Part shown: one piece after another, positions 29,148 to 37,938 of the stretch
How the letters are laid out: each line of letters opens with the position of its first letter
Numbering within the stretch: the stretch's first letter is position 1
Assembly (NCBI GenBank): GCA_963674785.1
Contig: OY771555.1
Coordinates: 1,632,001 to 1,696,000, forward strand
Direction: 5' to 3'
Length of the DNA stretch: 64,000 nucleotides
DNA from: Caldisericia bacterium
Lineage (GTDB): Bacteria; Caldisericota; Caldisericia; JAAYUI01
Position numbers and translations under genes: made by a program
The notes under the pieces: generated by a model
The model's database searches: none
Told to the model about the DNA's origin: nothing
Seen by the model: only the letters and a program-made list of their open reading frames with translations

Positions 29148-32100
29148 ATGAGAAGATTTTTGAATTTAACGTTGGTTTTTATGCTGATTTGCACGCTCTC
29201 TTTTGTAGGTGTGTATGCAAGCTCAGTTGATGAGAGTGATTTTAAAACTGAGATGGTTTTTGGAGTTATGGAAGATGATTATGTTGGTTCATTTATGCTC
29301 TTCCCGCCAAACACTGTTGAAAGAGATTACACTTCTGCATTCTATTTTCCAATGTGCGGAATGACCGTGACAATGGATGACAAGCTTTTGCTTGCCGATA
29401 CTCAGTATGGAAGAATCCATGTCTATGATTCTGATTTGGGTCATCAAGATTCGTTTGGATCTCTTGGTTATGGTGATGGAAAACTGAACTACCCAGTTGA
29501 TATTGCCGAAGATGACGAAGGAAATCTTTATATTGCAGATTTCTTCAATATGTATATCGCAAAGTTTTCTGCCTCTGGTGAATTTCTTGGAAGATTTGGC
29601 ACTGAGGGCGATGAAAATGGTCAGTTCATAGGACCGGGCGGAGTCGCTGTTGACTCTGATGGTTATATCTATGTTTCCGACTGCACAACAGGAAGAGTTC
29701 AGAAATTTGATAGCAGTTTCAATTTTGTAAAACTCTTTAACAGTGGAGATGGAGAAATTGCTCCACTTTCTTCCCCTGGCGCAATTAGAATTGGTTCGAA
29801 TGGAAACGTCTATGTTGCAGAGATGTCAAGCGGTCAGATTTATATCTTTAATAAAAACGGAGATTATATAAGACCTGCTCTTAAAAAAGGCGATGAGTCA
29901 ATTTCAAAATGCGGAGTTTTTGAGATCGATGGTTCAGGTAAGTTTTATATACATGACAGGGCACCAGCATCAAAGATTGTAAGAGTTTTCGATGCAAGTG
30001 GTAATTTTGAGAGTTCATTCCAGAATGTCTTTAGTTCAGATGTTATGTCAGACGGATTTGCTCTTGCAAATGATGGTACTATGTTCCTTCACTCATATGG
30101 TACACCAGTGCCAGGTGCAGATTTTAATCCTGAAAGTCCATTTATTTGCGGAAATTCTATGGAACTTGTTCATGTTAATGAATCTGGAAAAAAAATTGGA
30201 TCATCAGAAATATTTGATCCAAAAGAGTATGGACGAGCTGGTGACATGACCGATTGCGCAGTTTCACAGAGTGGTAAAGTCTATGGTTTATCGACCAGTA
30301 TTGTTGATTCGTCATTGATAACAGAGAGCAGAATCTTTGTGTGGGATCAAGATGGGGATTTACTTGATGTCCTTTCACCAGACGATTTTGAATTGAGCTC
30401 TGATTCAAGCTTAACTTCAATCGCCCTTGATTCTTTTGACAATGTTTTTGTTGGGGCGCTGGAAGAAAATATTGGCAAAATTCTAAAACTTGATATTGAA
30501 TCTGATAAGATTTCTGAGATTGGTGCAGATTTTGTAGGTTCACCTGAATCAATTGCGGTTGATAGAATGGACAACATATATGTTGCTGACTCGACAAGGT
30601 CTTCGGTTTTGGTTTTTACTAATGCTGGAAGATTTAGAAATGAGTTTAAATTCAACTTTAGCCCAAGATCTGTTGATGTTGACGAGTTTAGAAATGTCTG
30701 TGTTTCTGCGGAAAACCAGATTGTTGTAATTAATAGAAAAGGTAGAGAGATTGCCGTTTTTGGTGGACAAGGTAGAAGAGAAGGATCGGTCTATTACCCT
30801 GAGGGAATCGCGTTTACAGCTTCAGGCGACATTATTGTTTCCGATACTGAAAACTGCAGACTTCAGATTTTCTCAAAATCTGAAGGATCATCCTATGAGT
30901 TTAATTCTTCCTCAAAAAGAATGCTTGGTCTTTGTAAGGGTATTGCTTGGGGTAGTGACAATATGCTTTATGTGGCCGATGGATTCCATGGCGTTGTGCA
31001 TAAGGTATCAATTGATGGTCAGGCTGGACCTGCATCAGGTGAAGGTGAAGGCTCAGAGCCACCAGTGCCACCAGAGCCACCAGAAAATGAGACAATTCTT
31101 TCTGATGGAGAAATCATTTTCAATCCAGAGGATGTAAAGATTCAGTCTGGTTCAATTGCAGAAATTGACATCAAGATTGATTTTGCCTCAAACGTTTTTG
31201 GGTTGGGAATGACCGTTAAATATGATACTTCGTATCTTAAGCTTGAGGATTGTAAACCTGGTGATTTCCTTTCATCAGATGGAAATGAAAATCTCTTCCA
31301 TTTTACTGATTCACCTTTGGGAACAATCAATATCGCAGGTCCAACAAGAACAGGTGTTGCAGGTGGAATGAATGGAACCGGAACCCTCATTAAACTTAAA
31401 TTCTCTGGTGTTAACGAAGGAGATACTGTAATCGAGCTTGAGGATGTGATCGTTAAAGATCCACACCTTAACAATATCCAAGTTGTTACTAAACCATGTG
31501 ATGTCGAGGTTATGGCAATGGATGCTCAGCCTCCTGAGATTAGTGTCGAAGTTCCAGCTTGTTCATACTCAACTGACTATGTTTTAGAAGGAAAAACAGA
31601 GCGAGGCGCAAAACTTCAGATTGAGATTAATGGAAAAAAATCTGATATTTCGGTCAAACCAGATGGATCGTTCTCTTACAAGATGACTCTTGGGAATGGC
31701 GACAATAAATTCAAACTAATCGCAACAGATAGCGCTGGAAACAAGTTTGACGACGAATACACTATCAATCTCAGACCTAGAAATGTTATTATAATGTGGG
31801 TTGGAAAATCAGATTATATTTTTGGTAGCACACCAGACAAATTTGAAGTTCCTCCACAGATTATCGATGGTTCAACATATGTCCCACTTAGAGCCCTTGG
31901 TGACCTCTTAGGTTGTCAGACCGATTGGATTGGTGACGAAAGAAAAGTTATTTATACTTATGTTGATCCATGTACATCAAGTAAAACTGTCCTTGAAATC
32001 TGGATTGGAAAACAAGTAGGAAAAAAGAATGGACAAACCTGGGACATGGGAAAAGCACCTCAGATCGTGAATGGAAGATCATTGGTTCCTCTTAGAGCGA

Positions 32101-32177
32101 TCTCAGAAGGTCTTGGTGCAGATGTTGGTTGGGAAGGCGCAACAAAGAAAATCACAATCACTCACCCAAAACAGTAA
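29148..32177 (+). CDS. Secreted NHL-repeat protein with cohesin, Ig-like and stalk domains
   Basis: NHL repeats (PVDIAEDDEGNLYIAD; PGGVAVDSDGYIYVSD); Pro-rich linker; cohesin VKYDTSYLKL..PGDFLSSDG..GTGTLIKLKF; stalk STYVPLRALGDLLG...SLVPLRAISEGLGADVGW. Confidence 0.88.
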   Translation: MRRFLNLTLVFMLICTLSFVGVYASSVDESDFKTEMVFGVMEDDYVGSFMLFPPNTVERDYTSAFYFPMCGMTVTMDDKLLLADTQYGRIHVYDSDLGHQDSFGSLGYGDGKLNYPVDIAEDDEGNLYIADFFNMYIAKFSASGEFLGRFGTEGDENGQFIGPGGVAVDSDGYIYVSDCTTGRVQKFDSSFNFVKLFNSGDGEIAPLSSPGAIRIGSNGNVYVAEMSSGQIYIFNKNGDYIRPALKKGDESISKCGVFEIDGSGKFYIHDRAPASKIVRVFDASGNFESSFQNVFSSDVMSDGFALANDGTMFLHSYGTPVPGADFNPESPFICGNSMELVHVNESGKKIGSSEIFDPKEYGRAGDMTDCAVSQSGKVYGLSTSIVDSSLITESRIFVWDQDGDLLDVLSPDDFELSSDSSLTSIALDSFDNVFVGALEENIGKILKLDIESDKISEIGADFVGSPESIAVDRMDNIYVADSTRSSVLVFTNAGRFRNEFKFNFSPRSVDVDEFRNVCVSAENQIVVINRKGREIAVFGGQGRREGSVYYPEGIAFTASGDIIVSDTENCRLQIFSKSEGSSYEFNSSSKRMLGLCKGIAWGSDNMLYVADGFHGVVHKVSIDGQAGPASGEGEGSEPPVPPEPPENETILSDGEIIFNPEDVKIQSGSIAEIDIKIDFASNVFGLGMTVKYDTSYLKLEDCKPGDFLSSDGNENLFHFTDSPLGTINIAGPTRTGVAGGMNGTGTLIKLKFSGVNEGDTVIELEDVIVKDPHLNNIQVVTKPCDVEVMAMDAQPPEISVEVPACSYSTDYVLEGKTERGAKLQIEINGKKSDISVKPDGSFSYKMTLGNGDNKFKLIATDSAGNKFDDEYTINLRPRNVIIMWVGKSDYIFGSTPDKFEVPPQIIDGSTYVPLRALGDLLGCQTDWIGDERKVIYTYVDPCTSSKTVLEIWIGKQVGKKNGQTWDMGKAPQIVNGRSLVPLRAISEGLGADVGWEGATKKITITHPKQ

Positions 32178-32216
32178 ATAGTGATACCCCTTAAATTGGG
32201 TGCCACTTGAAATAAT

Positions 32217-32257
32217 AAAAACCGAGGATAACTTTTTCGTTGACCTCGGTTTTTTTA
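32217..32257 (+). terminator. Hairpin terminator after the protease/NHL cluster
   Basis: AAAAACCGAGG...CCTCGGTTTTTTT. Confidence 0.7.
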
Positions 32258-32275
32258 TAGGAAGAAGGTGGATCA

Positions 32276-33259
32276 ATGTTTAAGAGAAGAAAAAAGAAGA
32301 ATGAAATTGTCCAAAAGAAGCCAAAAAAGGGTTGGTTTAATAGGTTCACCTTAGCTAAACTGAAACGATCAGTTGCTAGTGAATTCGGAAGATTCTTTCT
32401 TATTGCTCTAGGTTCAGTTATCAGTGGTGTTGCTGCAGCAATTTTTTTCATTCCGAATCATATTTCGCCTGGTGGGTTGAATAGTATCGGTATCATTTTG
32501 AACCATGCATTTGGTTTGAAGGTTGGTATTGCATATATCTTGATGAATATTCCATTTTTCACATGGGCTCTTTTTCTTCTGGGGTATAGATATTTGCTTA
32601 GAACAGCTTTTGCGATATTGATTTTTATGTTCGCAATTGATTTTACACCTGTGCTTCTTGGATCGTATATTGATGCATTTGCTCAATTTGACTTGGTACT
32701 CGCATCTGTTTTTGGGGGTGCGATGACAGGGCTTGGAATAGGTATCGTTTATAAAAATGGTGCAAGTATGGGTGGAACCGATATAATCTCTCAACTCGTC
32801 AGCTTCTCAACGAATATGCCCTATGGGTCAGCTGTGCTTTTCTTTGACTCTCTGATGATTCTTACTCTCACAACATATTTCGTTTTTGCGGGTGGAGTTT
32901 TTGATCTTGGTCGAATCGAGCTTGCTCTTTATTCTGGTGTAGCTCTTTTTGTTAGCTCAAGAGTTATTGATACTGTTCAAGCAGGAATGACTGCAACAAA
33001 GATGGTGATTATAATCACTAATCAGATCGAACCTGTCAGAAGGGCTATTCTTCACAGAATAGACAAAGGTGTAACAATTCTCGAAGGTATGGGTGGATAT
33101 AGTCTTGAAAAAAGAAATATGGTTTTTTGTGCAATCCCAAGGTCACAGATTGGTAGAGTCAAAGAAGTAATTTCTACAATTGACCCAAATGCGTTTATCA
33201 TGGTTACGAATCTTTCAGAGACTAAGGGTAAGGGTTTTGAAAAGAAGCTCCCTAAATAA
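32276..33259 (+). CDS. YitT family membrane protein (DUF161 + DUF2179)
   Basis: FFIPNHISPGGL, MNIPFF, GASMGGTDII, KGVTILEGMGGYS, IDPNAF, GKGF. Confidence 0.92.
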   Translation: MFKRRKKKNEIVQKKPKKGWFNRFTLAKLKRSVASEFGRFFLIALGSVISGVAAAIFFIPNHISPGGLNSIGIILNHAFGLKVGIAYILMNIPFFTWALFLLGYRYLLRTAFAILIFMFAIDFTPVLLGSYIDAFAQFDLVLASVFGGAMTGLGIGIVYKNGASMGGTDIISQLVSFSTNMPYGSAVLFFDSLMILTLTTYFVFAGGVFDLGRIELALYSGVALFVSSRVIDTVQAGMTATKMVIIITNQIEPVRRAILHRIDKGVTILEGMGGYSLEKRNMVFCAIPRSQIGRVKEVISTIDPNAFIMVTNLSETKGKGFEKKLPK

Positions 33260-33358
33260 TCATCTGTTTTTATTGATGTGACATATACTTTCGTCTTGAG
33301 ATCGATAAGAGTTACATGTATTTTTTTGAATACCAAGTGAAAGCAAAATCCATGTTGA

Positions 33359-33408
33359 CTTATATTCATACTCTATTAAAGGATACTTTAATAGAGTATG
33401 AATATAAG
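33359..33408. repeat. Perfect 23-bp AT-rich inverted repeat with 4-nt spacer
   Basis: CTTATATTCATACTCTATTAAAG-GATA-CTTTAATAGAGTATGAATATAAG. Confidence 0.9.
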
Positions 33409-33447
33409 AATTAACCCTCTAATCATAACTAATTCTTTTGATAAAAT

Positions 33448-33484
33448 AAAAATGGGGGAGAAACATTTTTCTCCCCCATTTTTT
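33448..33484. terminator. Bidirectional terminator
   Basis: AAAAATGGGGGAGAAA...TTTCTCCCCCATTTTT between convergent genes. Confidence 0.85.
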
Positions 33485-33501
33485 GGATTTGTAAATCTAT
33501 T

Positions 33502-36500
33502 CTACGGCTCCATCTTCAATGTCATCGTAATAGTCTTTGTTGCACCATCCCATCCAACCTCTGCTCCAAGTGCCTCAGCAATAAACCTAAATGGTAACAT
33601 TGTAGAACCTGAAACAATCTGAGGTGCTGGACTAACCTTTCTAGATTCATTATTAACCATAGCATCCTCAGAGTTTACATAGAGTATAATAGTTGAATCA
33701 CCAAGAGTAATAATAACAGACTTAGTAGAAGCAACCCATTCAACTTCAGCACCAAATGCCTCAGATACAGCCCTTACTGGAACCATAGTGCTTCCAGAGA
33801 TAACTGTTGGAGGAGGATTAATACTTTTATCTTCACCAGATACTGTCATCACATTAGAACCAATCTGCATAGTAACAACTAACTCATAAAGGTTTGTAAC
33901 AGAAATACTTGTCCTTGTCTCATTATCGGACATATCCGTTGCTATCACTTCAAACTCATTGATGCTTGGAGCTGCTTCGACTGGGACGGATACTTTGTAT
34001 ATATATTTTTCTTTATCGGATGTTCTCTCTCCAACCCCTTTTCCGATAACAATCAAGCATGGTTCGTCAACCTCAATTGTTACTTCAAAAGATTTTGCAT
34101 TTTTAATGACCTTTTCAGCACTGATATCTTTGATCTTTGGTTTTACTGTGTCTGGAGGGGTTGTAAAGCTCACAGGCACAACAAGTCTTCCACCTTTTCT
34201 CCATTCAAGGATTATTTTCCCGTTGTATTTTTGACCATAGAGCAGACCACTTGTGTTGACTGAGAAAGAAACCTCATTATTTGATTTGTCTTGTACGGTT
34301 ATTTCTTTTGTCTCAATTTCTAACCAAGCAGCATCGCATGAGGCGGTTATGTCTAGCCATATATCTGCTGTGTTATTGATCGAAAGCTTATCTTTGAAGT
34401 CATAAGTTTCGCCAACCTCTAGTTCTCCCAGATCAAATTCATTTGGGCTGACCATTGGCCCCTTAGTTTGTGCTCTGACCCAAATCTCTGAGCTTCCATA
34501 ACTCCAATCAACAATTATCTTTGCTTCAAGAGTCGCACCCAATGTAAGCTCTTTTTTATTGACCTTGAGAAGCAACAAACCAGATCCTTTTCTGATAAGG
34601 CTGAATCTGTCATGATCAAGTTTAAGCCATTTGCTTTCGCATTCAAGTCTAACCTTTATTGGTCTAACAGAGCGGTTTTTAAACATTATTTCCGTCTCGG
34701 GTTCATCTTCTGAATCAAGCAATCCAAAATCAATTTTCTCTATGAACTCGGGTGATATTCTGTCAACAACCTTTACGGTTACGACTTCTTTTGCATCCCT
34801 ATGTTGAATATAAACATAGCATTTTCCAGTTCCTTTTGCGGTGATCACTCCATTTGTATCAACTGAACATATGTTGTCGTTTGAGGATGCAAAAGAAACA
34901 ATTGGGTCGGCAATCTTGTATCCATTTTCATCAATAACTGCTGGCTCGAGTTGATATGTATCATCCAATTCAACTCCGACACTTTTACTTGGAATATCTA
35001 TCTTTGTTGGTTCGCCATATGGAATCCCTTTGAATTTGTAAAGAATATGTTTGCCATCAACATTTTTATTTTTTTGCGTAACAATTAGAAATCTACCATT
35101 CGTAATAATTGGTTCAGCACGAGAGTAACCTAATATTTTCTTTTCCCATGTTTTTTCACCAGTTTTCCTGTCAACTCTATACAGAAGAGTTTTTCCTTCA
35201 TTATTGGCTCGAGCAGTTATGTACAGACCATATTTTGTTATTAGGGGTGGTGCATAGATTGGATAGGTCTTTTCAAAGTGTCTGTGTTTCCATAAAACTT
35301 CATTATCGATAATATCGATGTTATAAATTTCACCATCTTCAGTTCCAAAATAAAGGTTATTCCCAAAAATTGAAAACTCTCCCACTGTTCCTACAATTCT
35401 TTTTTTCCATAATAAATTACCCGTTTCTATGTTAATTACATGGATATCTGATACTCCGCTATCTGGGTCATCTTCAATCAAATGTTTATTGCATAGAACA
35501 ATATAATTCCCATTAGAAACCATATAAGAATAATTGACAAATGGATAGTTCCAATTTTCAATTCCGCTTGATTTGCTTATGCTTTTTACATATCCATTGT
35601 AGCCATCGTCCATGTGGTCAAAAATAACAGCATCTTTTGTTGTAATGGGGTGTGTCCAAATTGTATACCTTGTTTCTCTGTCAGTGAAAAGATTAGATAG
35701 TTCTTTTGTTTTTACATTAAATCTATAGAATTCATTGTCAAATGAAAAGAAGATATTATCACTACTAATTGTTAATTGGGGATTACCGATAAATGTAGAA
35801 GTATTAAAAAATCGGCTTGTGAGTTTCTTGTAGAATACTTCTCTTCCTGTTTTTAGCTCCAAGCATTTTATTCCTCTCATGCAACCAAAATAAATCTTAT
35901 CGTCTGATCTTACGATTCCACCCAAGTATCCAAGCCATAAATCTTCTGTCTTCCATCGGTGAGCTCCGTCATCAAAATTTAAGCAGTGTAAATCAAAGCC
36001 ATGGAGAATAATTTTATTATCAAAACAGTATATGTGGTTTATGAATTTATATTGATCATCATACCAATCGTAGGTGATCTCAAAGTCTTTTGACCATTCT
36101 TTTTCTAGTCCTGGTGCATTTATTGAACACTCAAATGGCACGGTGTTTGAGTTATTATTGTCGTAACCAAGTTCATTCCATCCCTCGCATTCATCAAAAT
36201 TCTCCTCCTCCAAGTCATCGATTTGATTTATATAAGCTCTTACGCTGATATTTCTTTTGATGTCGCCTGTTTTTACTGTAATTAATCCAGCTAAGAGGTT
36301 CGAGTCATTTGGAGTGCTTCCGTAGCTGATCGAGGTTTCAATAGTTTTTTTATCCCCTGGTTTAATTGTAAAGGATGTGGATGTAAGTTTTATCCACGGT
36401 TTATCAGGAGTCAATCGGTATGACTGTTTCTTTTCTGTGTCGTTTTTAAAAGTTATCTCTTCGTAAATGTTATCTCCAAGTTCAATACTTCCAAAGTTTA

Positions 36501-37722
36501 CGGTTGATGGATAGATACTTGAGACCTCGTAACACTCGATATCACCTTTTGTTGAGATTGTGTAAACTTTTTCATTTGCAACAATTGGATTTGATGCATG
36601 TGGATTTATCGAGTCGGTTTCCCAGTATACCTCACCAGTTTTTTTGTCACATACCATCATTGTTGTATCAGAAACTGTGTATAGGAAGTTATCGGTTACG
36701 GTCGGACTTCCAACTGGATACCTGGATTCTGTTTTCCAAACTAGTTTTCCGGTGTCTTTGTTTAGGCAAGAGAGGTGATAGATATCAAACATTGAATAAT
36801 TAAGAGATTTTTCATTACATCCTGTGTAGAAGTATACATGATCATCGTCGATTGTTGGAGATTTATAAATCCCAATATCTGTATCGAATGTCCAGTTGAT
36901 TGAGCCATCTTCAGCGCTCAGGGAATAAAGTCCGCCTTTGTCTGATCCAACGTAGATAATATAATCATTGAATGTAATTTCTGATCCAAATTCTTCTAGG
37001 TTTACCCTTTTTTTGGATGTCCAATTATTCTTTCCGCTATCTGCGTGTATGCTTCTAACGAAACCATTTGTATCAACAAAAAAAATGAATCCATTTGTAC
37101 AAATCAATGGTGCATCTGAACACTCGAAGTCTTGAATCCACTTCTTTGTGCCGTCTTTTGCAGATAAACACCCAATATAACCCTCTGAATTATTGAAGAA
37201 AAGATTTCCATTCGAATCAATTATCGGATCACTTGAAAACTTATATTCCGAACTGTAAATCCAAGAGACCGCGCCATTACTGGAGTCAAAACCAACTATG
37301 ACATTGTTTTGTGCTTCTGTTTCGTTGTGCGAAGACCCAATGTAAGCGGTTGTTTCATCAAAGTAGACACCTGAAGAAAACCAGTCACAGTAAAATGGAA
37401 ACTCAGTTTTCCAAACTTCTTTTCCGCTTTCAGAGTCAATACAAACTGAATTAATTTGTTTTGATCCGATTTCATGTGTTAAGGAGTAGATTTTTTTATT
37501 TGCGATAATCGGCGTCTTCTGGTTTGTTTCACCATTATTTGAGTACCATAACTGAGATAGTTCCGCAATCTCTGGGCCACACTTTATGTATGGATTTCTG
37601 CTCCCATTGTATCCCGACATTATCCATTCACAGCTATTAGTTTCCGCAATTGTAGGATTATTCTGAATTACGACAATTGAAAGCAAGAGCACGAAACTAA
37701 GTAAAATTCTTGATATTTTCAT
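33502..37722 (-). CDS. Large secreted double PQQ-like beta-propeller protein with Ig-like/BACON-like and stalk domains (paralog A)
   Basis: Signal peptide after GGAGG SD; two propeller blocks; Big_2-like FASSNDNICSVDTNGVITAKGTG; stalk STMVPVRAVSEAFGAEVEW. Confidence 0.87.
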   Translation of the reverse strand: MKISRILLSFVLLLSIVVIQNNPTIAETNSCEWIMSGYNGSRNPYIKCGPEIAELSQLWYSNNGETNQKTPIIANKKIYSLTHEIGSKQINSVCIDSESGKEVWKTEFPFYCDWFSSGVYFDETTAYIGSSHNETEAQNNVIVGFDSSNGAVSWIYSSEYKFSSDPIIDSNGNLFFNNSEGYIGCLSAKDGTKKWIQDFECSDAPLICTNGFIFFVDTNGFVRSIHADSGKNNWTSKKRVNLEEFGSEITFNDYIIYVGSDKGGLYSLSAEDGSINWTFDTDIGIYKSPTIDDDHVYFYTGCNEKSLNYSMFDIYHLSCLNKDTGKLVWKTESRYPVGSPTVTDNFLYTVSDTTMMVCDKKTGEVYWETDSINPHASNPIVANEKVYTISTKGDIECYEVSSIYPSTVNFGSIELGDNIYEEITFKNDTEKKQSYRLTPDKPWIKLTSTSFTIKPGDKKTIETSISYGSTPNDSNLLAGLITVKTGDIKRNISVRAYINQIDDLEEENFDECEGWNELGYDNNNSNTVPFECSINAPGLEKEWSKDFEITYDWYDDQYKFINHIYCFDNKIILHGFDLHCLNFDDGAHRWKTEDLWLGYLGGIVRSDDKIYFGCMRGIKCLELKTGREVFYKKLTSRFFNTSTFIGNPQLTISSDNIFFSFDNEFYRFNVKTKELSNLFTDRETRYTIWTHPITTKDAVIFDHMDDGYNGYVKSISKSSGIENWNYPFVNYSYMVSNGNYIVLCNKHLIEDDPDSGVSDIHVINIETGNLLWKKRIVGTVGEFSIFGNNLYFGTEDGEIYNIDIIDNEVLWKHRHFEKTYPIYAPPLITKYGLYITARANNEGKTLLYRVDRKTGEKTWEKKILGYSRAEPIITNGRFLIVTQKNKNVDGKHILYKFKGIPYGEPTKIDIPSKSVGVELDDTYQLEPAVIDENGYKIADPIVSFASSNDNICSVDTNGVITAKGTGKCYVYIQHRDAKEVVTVKVVDRISPEFIEKIDFGLLDSEDEPETEIMFKNRSVRPIKVRLECESKWLKLDHDRFSLIRKGSGLLLLKVNKKELTLGATLEAKIIVDWSYGSSEIWVRAQTKGPMVSPNEFDLGELEVGETYDFKDKLSINNTADIWLDITASCDAAWLEIETKEITVQDKSNNEVSFSVNTSGLLYGQKYNGKIILEWRKGGRLVVPVSFTTPPDTVKPKIKDISAEKVIKNAKSFEVTIEVDEPCLIVIGKGVGERTSDKEKYIYKVSVPVEAAPSINEFEVIATDMSDNETRTSISVTNLYELVVTMQIGSNVMTVSGEDKSINPPPTVISGSTMVPVRAVSEAFGAEVEWVASTKSVIITLGDSTIILYVNSEDAMVNNESRKVSPAPQIVSGSTMLPFRFIAEALGAEVGWDGATKTITMTLKMEP
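33503..33987. repeat. 485-bp direct repeat, copy 1 (stalk-domain coding region)
   Basis: Reads identical by eye to 37940-38424 (offset 4437). Confidence 0.92.
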
Positions 37723-37889
37723 GATTCCTCCGATTTGATGTTTTGAATCAAACAATTCTTATGGGGTTGGATGCCTTGAGTTAAAATATCCACGAATGAT
37801 AAATATACACAAAATGACTTAAAACTCAACATTTATCACCTGAAAGTTATAAGCTAATTGTAAACAAATTTTAAAATCTCCCAACTGGA

Positions 37890-37919
37890 CTACCCTGGGA
37901 GGCAATCCTCCCAGGGTAG
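37890..37919 (-). terminator. GC-rich hairpin downstream of paralog B
   Basis: CTACCCTGGGAGG-CAAT-CCTCCCAGGGTAG; U-tract weak. Confidence 0.65.
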
Positions 37920-37938
37920 AAATTATTACTATCTTCTC

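Noticed and set aside
31054-31084. CAGAGCCAC/CAGTGCCAC short tandem repeats
   Set aside because: They simply encode the Pro-rich linker EPPVPPEPPE; not a CRISPR or contingency repeat.
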